Source: an uncultured Ruminococcus sp. (GTDB lineage Bacteria; Bacillota; Clostridia; Oscillospirales; Ruminococcaceae). Taken from it: a stretch of DNA of 64,000 nt. The position numbers were made by a program, and so were the translations under genes. Positions 17,612 to 26,090 of this stretch are shown one piece after another; the first letter of the stretch is position 1, and each line of letters opens with the position of its first letter. A model generated the notes under the pieces. That model ran no database searches. It saw only the letters and a program-made list of their open reading frames with translations, and was not told the origin of the DNA. The DNA is taken from the NCBI GenBank assembly GCA_900550695.1, contig URTF01000001.1, forward strand, positions 7,896-71,895, given 5' to 3'.

Positions 17612-18958
17612 TTATTCAACTTCAATGCTGTAGATATGGAGATTGCCCTTGTTTTCTCCGCTTGACTTGTTTGCAGCCCAGTAAACCTTGCCGCTTACAT
17701 AAACAGGCATACGACATGGGTTGAGCTTTGCACTGTCGGAGAATTTTTTTGCTTCCGAAATGACCTCTCCCCTCTTATCAAGCACCATATAATAAACACC
17801 GCTGTTTTTTTCCTTGGCGTCCTTGAGTTCATAAAGAATAACGATGTTTCCGCTGTCCGTAGCAACAGCCTGCGGATCGCTTACAGTCTTGTCCTTATAG
17901 TCAGTGAGCCACTTTACACCGAGATCCTTAACATTTTCAGTACCGTTGTTGCCGCCAAGACCGCTGCGTTCGCCCTTTGTCACGAATGCGGAAGAACTGT
18001 CAAGAGCCGCTGTCGGGTCAAATATCTGTATGAAAAGCTGCTCTTTTTCTTTTTTGGCGGAAGAACTGAGCGATTTTACCGATGTTCCGACGAGTGCGGC
18101 ATACTTGTCATTGATATTGACAAGTCCGCCCATATGCGCAAAATTATTGTTCACGGTGAACATATCATATCGGTCAAATGCACCCTTTTCGACCCAGAAA
18201 TGGAAGATGTTGTAGGACTTTTTTCCGAGCATATTTACAGTAAAGGCACGATCGTAACAGTCGCCCTCGCTGGCAAGCACAAAAGAATCATTGAACGGAA
18301 CGACTCTCTGCGCAAAGGAATGAGAATTGTAGCTTTCGCCCGACGAGACCTTGCTCATTGTATTGATATTTATTGCAAAAACGGAGTTGCTCTGGTGTCC
18401 GCTGTACATTTCACGGGCATAGTTTACACAAAGGGTGTCACCGTTTATAGCCACATCGCAGTTGCCCGCATCAAACGGTATCTTTGTATAAAAATCCTTG
18501 CCGTAATAATATGCAAGGCTTGAACTGCCGTTGTCGCCGACAGTCTTTATATGCTTTCCGCTGCTGTCATATTTGGATATGAATACGGTGTTGACGGAAG
18601 TATCATTCGAGCTGTTCTCTTCACCCGTAATGAGATAGAAATTACCCTTTTTGTCACAAATAACATTGCCGAATACAGGGTGCTTTTTTTCAAGCTTTAT
18701 CTTTTTCTTCAAAGCAGCCGTGCCGTTTGTCTTTACAACGGTAACATACTTATCTCCGTCATAAGCAAAGCAGAATTTTCCGTTCGGACCTATAAACTGA
18801 GCCACATTGGAAGTGCCGTCCCAGTTTATGTACCGGTCACAATCAACTGCGACCTGCACCGAGGTCTTTTTTATGCTTTCGGTATAAGCGCAGACGTTAA
18901 TGACCGCAGCATTTGCAGCGAGCGCCGCACAAACAAGGATCGAAACTATTTTTTTCAT
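17612..18958 (-). CDS. Secreted protein of unknown function (signal peptide; repetitive beta-rich sequence)
   Basis: Start set at MKKIVSILVCAALAANAAV (ATG 18958). The 65 upstream codons in the ORF track run through MITE copy B and AT-rich spacer. No family is recognised. Confidence 0.65.
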   Translation of the reverse strand: MKKIVSILVCAALAANAAVINVCAYTESIKKTSVQVAVDCDRYINWDGTSNVAQFIGPNGKFCFAYDGDKYVTVVKTNGTAALKKKIKLEKKHPVFGNVICDKKGNFYLITGEENSSNDTSVNTVFISKYDSSGKHIKTVGDNGSSSLAYYYGKDFYTKIPFDAGNCDVAINGDTLCVNYAREMYSGHQSNSVFAININTMSKVSSGESYNSHSFAQRVVPFNDSFVLASEGDCYDRAFTVNMLGKKSYNIFHFWVEKGAFDRYDMFTVNNNFAHMGGLVNINDKYAALVGTSVKSLSSSAKKEKEQLFIQIFDPTAALDSSSAFVTKGERSGLGGNNGTENVKDLGVKWLTDYKDKTVSDPQAVATDSGNIVILYELKDAKEKNSGVYYMVLDKRGEVISEAKKFSDSAKLNPCRMPVYVSGKVYWAANKSSGENKGNLHIYSIEVE

Positions 18959-19116
18959 TGTTATCCCCCATTTAATAGTATTTATTAATATTATATTGCA
19001 TTTTTTAGAAAAAATCAAGAGGAAAAGGCAATAAATCTCAAAATAAAAATTGCAGTATGTTTTTTGACAGACTGCTGCGGATACAGAACCGTCGCTGCGT
19101 TTTATTAATACTAATA

Positions 19117-19233
19117 TACTAAACACCAATAAAATACAGGAAAAAATCTGCACCGAGATCCTATATAAACCTGTTAAAAACAGCTACAAGATTGTCGGCT
19201 TGATTTTTCCAAATTTTAAAATGGTGTTTAGTA
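19117..19233. mobile_element. MITE-like palindromic element, copy B (117 bp; 125 bp if an 8-bp terminal duplication from 19109 is included)
   Basis: Same termini and core as copies C and D. TAA/TAA flanks if the left end is taken at 19109. Confidence 0.75.
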
Positions 19234-19325
19234 TAATTTTTTGCGGATATAAATAATTACGTATTAATTCTTCACTTTCCGAATACAATTATAGAAAACG
19301 ATATTGTTTTGTATTGAAAGGAACG

Positions 19326-19607
19326 ATGAATATGAATGACGTAAACGAAAAAGCTCACAGTATAATCGCCGAGAACCGAGGAAAGCTCTCTGTTTCGGGT
19401 GTTACGGATATTGACAGTTTTGACGAAAATACTGTCCTGCTGTATACCACAATGGGTGAGCTGACGATAAAGGGCAGCGATCTTCACATCAACGATCTGT
19501 CCGTAACGAACGGCGAGATGAACATTGAAGGAAACATTGACGCTATCATTTACGGCGACAAGGATCTGCGCTCGCCTCTCTCCTTTCTCGGCAGGCTTTT
19601 CAGATAA
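19326..19607 (+). CDS. yabP: Sporulation protein YabP
   Basis: HSIIAENRGKLSVSGVTDIDSFDENTVLLYTTMGELTIKGSDLHI is the YabP signature. ATG at 19326 follows AAAGGAA. Confidence 0.8.
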   Translation: MNMNDVNEKAHSIIAENRGKLSVSGVTDIDSFDENTVLLYTTMGELTIKGSDLHINDLSVTNGEMNIEGNIDAIIYGDKDLRSPLSFLGRLFR

Positions 19608-19628
19608 TATTGGATCGAGGGTGTATTT

Positions 19629-20006
19629 TTGGATCTTGAAACTTTTTTTACCGTTTCCGAGCAGTGCTCTTTATTTCTGCTGTCGGTCGTCCTCGGACTT
19701 GGCATCGGTGTTTTTTATGATGTTTTCCGAACGCTTCGCATCGTCTTTCCTCCTGCCGCAAAGAAGAATGCCGTATTCGCCGAGGACATTGTTTTTATGG
19801 CAGTTTCGGGTGCGGCGATTTTTCTTTACTCTGCCGTTTTATGCAGAGGGCAGGTACGCTTTTTCTGTGTTATCGGGACATTCCTCGGCTTTTTGTTATA
19901 CATTGCAACGGTCGGAAGTCTTATTGTGGGCATACTGCGCCTGACAGCATCGTCAATTGCAAAATTCTTCCGCAGATTTAAGAAAAAAAGCGAAAATACC
20001 GTCTGA
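19629..20006 (+). CDS. yabQ: Spore cortex biosynthesis protein YabQ
   Basis: Small 3-4 TM protein immediately after yabP. TTG start with GAGGG upstream. Confidence 0.7.
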   Translation: MDLETFFTVSEQCSLFLLSVVLGLGIGVFYDVFRTLRIVFPPAAKKNAVFAEDIVFMAVSGAAIFLYSAVLCRGQVRFFCVIGTFLGFLLYIATVGSLIVGILRLTASSIAKFFRRFKKKSENTV

Positions 20007-20230
20007 TATCATAAATACAAAAAGTATATTCAAGACGGAATGAACTTGCTGTATTTTTTGATAATAGAATTTATCTAAAATACCTTAACAAATTTGTGCA
20101 TACCTATAAAAAATTTTTTAATGTGGGAAAAAAGCTTGAAAATCAATGCCCGTATGTAGTATAATGTTATCATCTGGAAGTGACGATAAATTTTTATTTC
20201 GGAATTGTAAAGGAACGGAGGTGCAGCAGA

Positions 20231-20581
20231 ATGGGAAAGACCTACAAGGCTTATGTCAAGGAAAAAGAAAAACAGCAGCGTTCGGAAAACCGAAAAAAAA
20301 ACGGCGGACCTTTTATGCGCAGTCTGGCTTCGCTCGCAGGAGCGGCGGTCATCGTTTATTCTGTATGCTCATTTGTTGCAACTCAGGCCGACATTGCCGA
20401 AAAGAAAAAAAAGCTTTCTCAGCTCGAGGAAAAGGCTGCACAGCTTGAAGCGGAAAATGATGAATACGCTTCTATCCTCGCCGAAGACGATGAGCGGGCT
20501 TATATGGAAAAGATCGCTATTGAAGTTCTCGGCTTTGCCTATCCGAACGAGCGCCGCTTCTATGATACAACAAGGAACTAA
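20231..20581 (+). CDS. divIC: Septum formation initiator DivIC/FtsB family
   Basis: Basic N-terminus, one TM, and a coiled coil (KLSQLEEKAAQLEAENDEY). ATG at 20231 has SD GGAGG. Confidence 0.75.
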   Translation: MGKTYKAYVKEKEKQQRSENRKKNGGPFMRSLASLAGAAVIVYSVCSFVATQADIAEKKKKLSQLEEKAAQLEAENDEYASILAEDDERAYMEKIAIEVLGFAYPNERRFYDTTRN

Positions 20582-20644
20582 AGCGGCATCGCTTGACGAA
20601 AACGCTTTTAGAATATAAAAATCAGAGAGGTTAAAATTCTTTTT

Positions 20645-21097
20645 ATGCAGCTTGAAGTTGGAAACATTTACGAAGGAAAAGTTACGGGCATCACAAAATT
20701 CGGCGCATTCGTCGAGCTTGAACCCGGAACGACAGGAATGGTACATATCAGCGAGGTCGCTAACAGTTTCGTAAACGAAATAAGAGATCATCTCACCGAG
20801 GGTCAGACCGTTAAGGTAAAGGTGCTTGCCATCGGCGATAACGGCAAGATCTCTCTTTCGATAAAAAAGGCTGTCGATAATCCCCCGCCGCAGCACCGTG
20901 ACAACGGCGGCAGAAAGCCCTACAACGGTGGGCGCAGCGGCGACCGCAGACCTGCGCAGCAGGATAAGACTCCAATGACCCCCGAGGCAGCGTTCGAGGA
21001 TATGATGAACCGCTTCAAGCAGAGCTCCGAAGAGCGTATGAGCGACATCAAAAAGAATGTTGACAACAAGCGCAGGAGCCAGTCACGCAGAAAGTGA
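20645..21097 (+). CDS. yabR: S1 RNA-binding domain protein (YabR-like) with R/G/K-rich tail
   Basis: S1 motif GNIYEGKVTGITKFGAFVEL....GMVHISE. Conserved position after divIC. Confidence 0.8.
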   Translation: MQLEVGNIYEGKVTGITKFGAFVELEPGTTGMVHISEVANSFVNEIRDHLTEGQTVKVKVLAIGDNGKISLSIKKAVDNPPPQHRDNGGRKPYNGGRSGDRRPAQQDKTPMTPEAAFEDMMNRFKQSSEERMSDIKKNVDNKRRSQSRRK

Positions 21098-21106
21098 ATA
21101 TGTATT

Positions 21107-21143
21107 TATGACCGCAGACTTTATGGGTTTGCGGTCATTTTTG
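21107..21143. terminator. Intrinsic terminator
   Basis: Stem tgaccgca/tgcggtca followed by TTTTT. Confidence 0.65.
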
Positions 21144-21148
21144 TCGGT

Positions 21149-21997
21149 TTACTGCCTGAGGGATCTCTGCCTTTGGAGGACACATTCCGCCGCGCGGTCG
21201 GATATTATCCCTCTGTCGCGCTCGGGATAGAATCCGAGCATCGGTGCAAGCAGGTCTTTTATCTGCGATTTTGTAAAGTGCGGAATATAAAGCTGCTGAC
21301 CGAACAAGGCTTCGGCACTTCGCATCTGACGTGTAAAGGTCGTGCCGAACGGTCGGGCAGTCACTGCGGAAATAAGCGCTTTCGGCTCGATATCCATTTG
21401 CGAAAGCTGCGTATTTGACAAAAGCGCAGCGCCGTTGTCAAATATCGGGCAGTAGGAATATTCCCCGTCCTCTTCAATGACCGCTATATTGTTAAGGTGG
21501 CGGTCGTCATTGAGGAAAAGCGCATCAACTTCAAAAATCAGCGTGAGGTATTCGGGAAAATGCACCAGTCCCGTGAACTCGGCTGTCTTTTCGGCAAGAA
21601 ATTGTATCCGCTTTTTGTCGCTGGAAAGGCGGCTCAGTTTTTCTTTTAGCGGTTCGTCAAGCACTCTGTTCAGCAGGTGGCTCAATGTTATTATCGACTG
21701 ATTTTTCGCAAGAAAATTCCTGCTTGAACAGCCTGTACGCCTGCGGTCATGGGCAAAAACGCTCTCCATTTCATAGCGCACAAAATCAAACGGCGTGTCG
21801 GCTTCGATATTGCTGAATTCAAGCATTGCGGAAACGGCGCACTCGCTCAATGCTTCATAGCCGAATTGGTCGAGCTTGAACCAGCGGTCGGAAGCTTCAT
21901 CATACCATTTTTCCTGATTGCCCTTTGATGAAGTTTCGGCGATTTTTTCATCGGTCGCAAAATATAGCTCCGTTACAGCTTTTCGATCTTTATCCAT
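21149..21997 (-). CDS. HipA-like Ser/Thr kinase core (short, HipT-like; lacks the HipA N-terminal subdomain)
   Basis: Gly-rich loop SSKGNQEKW near the N-terminus. Catalytic LNDDRHLNN and downstream PIFDNGAAL match HipA_C motifs. Only 282 aa. Confidence 0.7.
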   Translation of the reverse strand: MDKDRKAVTELYFATDEKIAETSSKGNQEKWYDEASDRWFKLDQFGYEALSECAVSAMLEFSNIEADTPFDFVRYEMESVFAHDRRRTGCSSRNFLAKNQSIITLSHLLNRVLDEPLKEKLSRLSSDKKRIQFLAEKTAEFTGLVHFPEYLTLIFEVDALFLNDDRHLNNIAVIEEDGEYSYCPIFDNGAALLSNTQLSQMDIEPKALISAVTARPFGTTFTRQMRSAEALFGQQLYIPHFTKSQIKDLLAPMLGFYPERDRGIISDRAAECVLQRQRSLRQ

Positions 21998-22560
21998 TGG
22001 TTATCCTCCGCCATTCTGCCGTTTGTTTTGGCGATGATCTCAAACGGCAGATATCCGTCAACACCGATAGCTTCAAGGTATTCACGAAGTCCGCTTCTTC
22101 CTCTCGGGACGCAGCGTTCCTCGATAAATTTGCAGAAATTCTCCCAAGTGGGAAATTTATTTTTACCGAAAGCAGTTTTTACGATATTTTCGGTAAAGTT
22201 TTCGGCAAAAATCGTTTTGTCAGTCATGTCGGCATAGATAACGGTGCACAGCTTTTCATTATCATAAAGAGAATATTTTTTCAAATCGTGACCGAGCTGC
22301 TTTTTTGAGTTCACAAAAGCAGCAGCGGTCTGTTTTTTTCTTATGCATATAGTCTGACCATCAAAGCAAAGCTCCGCATTGCGTTCGTTTTTGTCCAATC
22401 CAAGCTCTTTTATCCACGCTGTGGGGAGAGATATTTTGCAGGAAAGTGCGTTTTTTCCTGCCGTTCCGCCCGATGATGAATGGATTATCCGTACATTCCG
22501 TGTTTCCGTAATATCACTTCCTTTTTTAAATATTATAGCATATTCGTACCGAATAGTCAA
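21973..22560 (-). CDS. Fusion protein: AbrB/SpoVT-like swapped-hairpin DNA-binding segment plus HipA N-terminal-subdomain-like (HipS-like) segment; putative antitoxin/regulator of the downstream kinase
   Basis: KISLPTAWIKELGLDKNERNAELCFDGQTICIRK resembles AbrB/MazE. The C-terminal FIEERCVPRGRSGLREYLEAIGVDGYLPFEIIAKTNGRMAEDNQWI resembles the N-terminal subdomain of long HipA-like proteins. It overlaps the kinase gene by 25 nt. Confidence 0.5.
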   Translation of the reverse strand: MTIRYEYAIIFKKGSDITETRNVRIIHSSSGGTAGKNALSCKISLPTAWIKELGLDKNERNAELCFDGQTICIRKKQTAAAFVNSKKQLGHDLKKYSLYDNEKLCTVIYADMTDKTIFAENFTENIVKTAFGKNKFPTWENFCKFIEERCVPRGRSGLREYLEAIGVDGYLPFEIIAKTNGRMAEDNQWIKIEKL

Positions 22561-22589
22561 GGTTCTGCAATTAATGTTTCTGTTATATG

Positions 22590-22949
22590 AAACGAGTGGA
22601 TATGGAATACGTCACGACAGAAATTTTTGGGTTATATTCATATCCGGTTGCCGTTCATTTTACGTTGAAACGCAAATGCACTCACTTCGTTCGTGTATTT
22701 GTGCTTCAAGGATAGTTATTCTGTAGATAAAGAATAGGCGCAATTCACATTTTTTAGGTTTACGAAACGGATTTCTCACATTCCGTTTTACCTTTTTGTG
22801 TGAATTGCGCCTTTTTATTTGTTACTGATTACGTTATTGCAACAACGCCTTAGCTGTTAGTTTAGGGAATTTCGCTCTCTGCGGAGAGCGACAAGGGACG
22901 CTGTCCCCTTGACCCCTGCAAGCCTTTAAAAAGGCTTGACCTAAACTTT
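22590..22949 (+). repeat. ~360-nt multi-hairpin repeat R, copy 1 (candidate structured ncRNA or 3'-UTR element)
   Basis: Homologous over its whole length to the reverse complement of 32450-32814. Contains a 13-bp-stem hairpin plus T-run at 22737-22816. Confidence 0.6.
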
Positions 22950-22988
22950 AGTTGGCTTCGCTTTGCCGAACAAATGTCAGCTATGCAA

Positions 22989-23021
22989 AATTACGCATTA
23001 CGAATTACGAATTACGCATTA
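22989..23021 (-). repeat. Heptamer array TAATGCGTAATTCGTAATTCGTAATGCGTAATT beginning with the helicase TAA stop codon
   Basis: Read directly on the minus strand. The stop codon is the first TAA of the array. Confidence 0.75.
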
Positions 23022-24755
23022 ATTATATTGTTTTCTTTTCTTATTCTGCGAGCCGTCAAATTTTCTTGCTCTGCCTGTATTTTTTCTGCGGAGGCTGCGG
23101 TAGTCCTTTTCGCCGCCCGAACGTCTGCGGTCGGAGCTGCCGTTTTGTCTGCCCTCGCTCTGCTTGCCCTCATAGCGCTTGATCTTTATCTTCTGACCGT
23201 TTATCTTCGTTCCCGTCATGGAATCGATGATATGGTCGAGGTCGGCTTCGGGGACTTCCACTGTTGTATAGCGGTCGTAGATATCGATCTTGCCGAAGTT
23301 TTTGCCTGCCATTCCCGTTGCGTCAACGAGTGCGCCGAGGATAAAGTTCGGTGCGATGCGGTTCTGTCTGCCGAGTGAGATCTCGATCTTGCAGGAGCTG
23401 CCCTTTGATCTGCCCTTTTCGTCACGTGGACGGAACACAGGCTTGATGAACTCGGGGACAGTGCGTGTTTCCTTGGAAATTCTCATTCCGAGGAGAGTTG
23501 CGGCGATCTGCTCCGCCGTAAAGCCACGCTCTGTAAGGCGTTCGAGAAGCTCTGCGCCGTTCGGATATTTCTCCGTTGTGGTATAGTCGCAGACTTTATC
23601 GAGAACCCGCTGTGTTTTCTTTTCGATAACGTCATCTCTTGTTGGGAGTTCGCAGCGGATAATATCAGCCTTTGTGAATCGTGCGATATCCTTAAGCTCG
23701 TAGACCTGCTTTCTGCCGCTCACTATCGTATAAGCCGAACCCGAACGACCTGCTCTGCCTGTTCGGCCGATACGGTGGATATAGTATTCATTGTCCTGCG
23801 GAATATCATAGTTGAAAACTGCATCGACATCGTCAACGTCGATGCCTCTTGCGGCAACGTCGGTCGCAATGAGGATATTTATTCTGCCGCTCTTGAAAGC
23901 GTTAAGCACCTGAGTTCTGCTCTGCTGCTTCATATCGCCGTGAAGACCTGCCGCTTTGAAACCCTTTGCAACGAGGTTTTCGGTAAGCTCATCTACCATT
24001 GCTTTTGTGTTGCAGAAAATCATCGAAAGCTTAGGCTCAAATGCGATAAGGAGCATCTGGAGCGCATCTGTCTTTCTTCCCATAGGAACTTCGTAATAGA
24101 ACTGCGCAACGCTCTCAACTGTGCGGCTTTTCTGCTCAACGCCGACAACGATCGGGTCACGCTGATATTCGCCCGTGATAGCCATTATCTGCGGCGGCAT
24201 TGTTGCCGAGAAAAGCACGGTCTGACGTTCTTCGGGGATATACTGCAAAATTTCTTCGATATCCTCACGGAAACCCATATTGAGCATCTCGTCAGCCTCG
24301 TCAAGAATCACCGAGCGGAGTTCTTCAAGGTGAAGCGTATGACGGCGGATATGATCCATTACACGTCCGGGAGTTCCGACAACGATATTTGCGCCCTTTT
24401 TGAGCTGAACTATCTGGCGTTCGATGTCAGCACCGCCGTAGATAGCGCAGGACTTTACATACGGAAGATATTTAGAGAATTTTTCGATTTCCTGCGAAGC
24501 CTGCATCGCAAGCTCTCTTGTCGGACAGAGTATGAGCGTTTGCACACGGCGATAGCCCTCAGGGTCTATCATTGCAACTGCGGGAAGTCCGAAAGCGGCT
24601 GTCTTTCCCGTACCCGTCTGCGAACGTCCCACAACGTCCTTTCCTTCGAGAAGAAGCGGAATGGCCTTAGCCTGAATTTCCGTAGCCTCCTCATATCCCA
24701 TTTCTTCGACCGCACGGACGATCTCCTGCGGCAATCCGAGTTCACTAAAAAGCAT
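23019..24755 (-). CDS. DEAD-box ATP-dependent RNA helicase with DbpA-type C-terminal RNA-binding domain and R/G/K-rich tail
   Basis: Q motif, AQTGTGKT-like GRSQTGTGKT, DEADEM, SAT and HRIGRTGRAG are present. The C-terminal IEISLGRQNRIAPNFILGAL fits a DbpA RBD. Start at MLFSELGL (ATG 24755). Confidence 0.9.
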   Translation of the reverse strand: MLFSELGLPQEIVRAVEEMGYEEATEIQAKAIPLLLEGKDVVGRSQTGTGKTAAFGLPAVAMIDPEGYRRVQTLILCPTRELAMQASQEIEKFSKYLPYVKSCAIYGGADIERQIVQLKKGANIVVGTPGRVMDHIRRHTLHLEELRSVILDEADEMLNMGFREDIEEILQYIPEERQTVLFSATMPPQIMAITGEYQRDPIVVGVEQKSRTVESVAQFYYEVPMGRKTDALQMLLIAFEPKLSMIFCNTKAMVDELTENLVAKGFKAAGLHGDMKQQSRTQVLNAFKSGRINILIATDVAARGIDVDDVDAVFNYDIPQDNEYYIHRIGRTGRAGRSGSAYTIVSGRKQVYELKDIARFTKADIIRCELPTRDDVIEKKTQRVLDKVCDYTTTEKYPNGAELLERLTERGFTAEQIAATLLGMRISKETRTVPEFIKPVFRPRDEKGRSKGSSCKIEISLGRQNRIAPNFILGALVDATGMAGKNFGKIDIYDRYTTVEVPEADLDHIIDSMTGTKINGQKIKIKRYEGKQSEGRQNGSSDRRRSGGEKDYRSLRRKNTGRARKFDGSQNKKRKQYN

Positions 24756-24947
24756 AATTTTTCCTTTCCATAACATGGCATTGGACAAAACACGCTCTCT
24801 GACAAAACTCTCCTGCCCTACGCCGACACATAATTATAATTTTTACAAAACAGAAATTAATTATAACACATTGCATAGCAAATTGTCAACTGCTTTTTTC
24901 TGTTATTTTTTTAATAAAAAAGCTTGTTCACGTTTAATGTAAACAAT

Positions 24948-25063
24948 ACTAAACACCAATAAAATAAAGGAAAAAATCTGCGCCGAAATCCTATATAAAC
25001 CTGTTTTCAACAGCTACGAGATTGTCGGCTTGATTTTTTCCAAATTTTAAATGGTGTTTAGTA
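24948..25063. mobile_element. MITE-like palindromic element, copy C (116 bp)
   Basis: Termini TACTAAACACCA/TGGTGTTTAGTA flanked by perfect 3-bp direct repeat CAA/CAA. Confidence 0.8.
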
Positions 25064-25088
25064 CAAGCGGTATTTTTTATCTTAAATT

Positions 25089-26087
25089 TTACAGTAAGTT
25101 ATATGCTCTCTGCATATTTATCTCCGAATACTCAACGCCTTTGGAGAAAAGCTTTGCACCGTTTATCCTGTCACGGAGCGTCAGAGCGCTGCTCTCATAA
25201 AGATAAGCGCCCCAGAACATCTTCACAGCCGAAACCGCAAAGTATGCAAAGTAAGCCTTTGAAACGATATCTCCGTCCGAGAGCGACTCGGGAAAATGTC
25301 GGAAAATAAAGTATTCCGCAAGCCGCCGCATTTCGTTTTCTGATGAAAAGTCGGTTTTATACTCGCCGCTTTCAAGCTTTTTCAGCATTTCGTCCCATTC
25401 GGGCGAGATGCTTTCCATTGCTTTGAGCACGGTGATAACTTCTTTGTCGGAAATTTCCTCTATGGCGAATGAATATCCCGAAAAATGCTCATACAATTCG
25501 GAAATCCCCGAAAAATCACTCTCCGCAAGCATATCCTGAGCATCTATCGCAAGCGCACAGCATTTTCTCAGTGCAATAAAAGGCTCATCACGCTCACAAA
25601 GCTTAAAAAGCATTTCACGTATCTGCAAAACGGCTTTTTCAAGCGCATTATCGGGAAAATCTGCTTCGGGAACGATATGTACAGGCTTTTCCTCGGTCAG
25701 AATTATTTCGGCGGCGGCTTCACAGCAAAGTCCGATGCCGATCTCCGTCCTGTCCGAAAGAAAGCTTCGGAAGCGTGGGTGGTCGGTGCATATTCCGCAG
25801 AGCGATTCTTCGCCGAGGGCAATGTAAAGGTCGCAGAGGTTCGAGCTGTTCAGAAAGGGGCATCGGTCATCTTCCGCAAGGATAAAATGTGCGCCGTCAC
25901 CGTCGATCGTGATGTTTTCGGAAAGGCGCTGACCTATTGCACCGCCAACGGAGCGGTATCTTCCGAGCGAATCTTCGTCAATACATATCTCCCAGCCTTG
26001 ACAGCAGGTATCACTGCATTTATCGGCAATGCATTTGAAGCGAGGGTAATAATCGGGGTAAAAAAGTCCGTTTCCGCCGTTCTGCAT
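25089..26087 (-). CDS. Cys-rich FliB-like protein (flagellin lysine-N-methylase family)
   Basis: N-terminal YPRFKCIADKCSDTCCQGWEICIDEDSLGRY matches the FliB/YkgJ-type cysteine cluster. Confidence 0.6.
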   Translation of the reverse strand: MQNGGNGLFYPDYYPRFKCIADKCSDTCCQGWEICIDEDSLGRYRSVGGAIGQRLSENITIDGDGAHFILAEDDRCPFLNSSNLCDLYIALGEESLCGICTDHPRFRSFLSDRTEIGIGLCCEAAAEIILTEEKPVHIVPEADFPDNALEKAVLQIREMLFKLCERDEPFIALRKCCALAIDAQDMLAESDFSGISELYEHFSGYSFAIEEISDKEVITVLKAMESISPEWDEMLKKLESGEYKTDFSSENEMRRLAEYFIFRHFPESLSDGDIVSKAYFAYFAVSAVKMFWGAYLYESSALTLRDRINGAKLFSKGVEYSEINMQRAYNLL

Positions 26088-26090
26088 AGC

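Noticed and set aside
18959-19153. N-terminal 65-codon extension of the secreted-protein ORF (MQIFSCILLVFS...)
   Set aside because: The extension is translated from MITE copy B and AT-rich spacer. A signal peptide with a proper ATG begins at 18958. The same QIFSCILLVFS artefact appears in ORF 7860..8540.
23775-24773. 332-aa plus-strand ORF
   Set aside because: It is entirely antisense to the DEAD-box helicase gene. The translation is low-complexity with no motifs and there is no RBS. It is a shadow ORF of a strongly supported gene.
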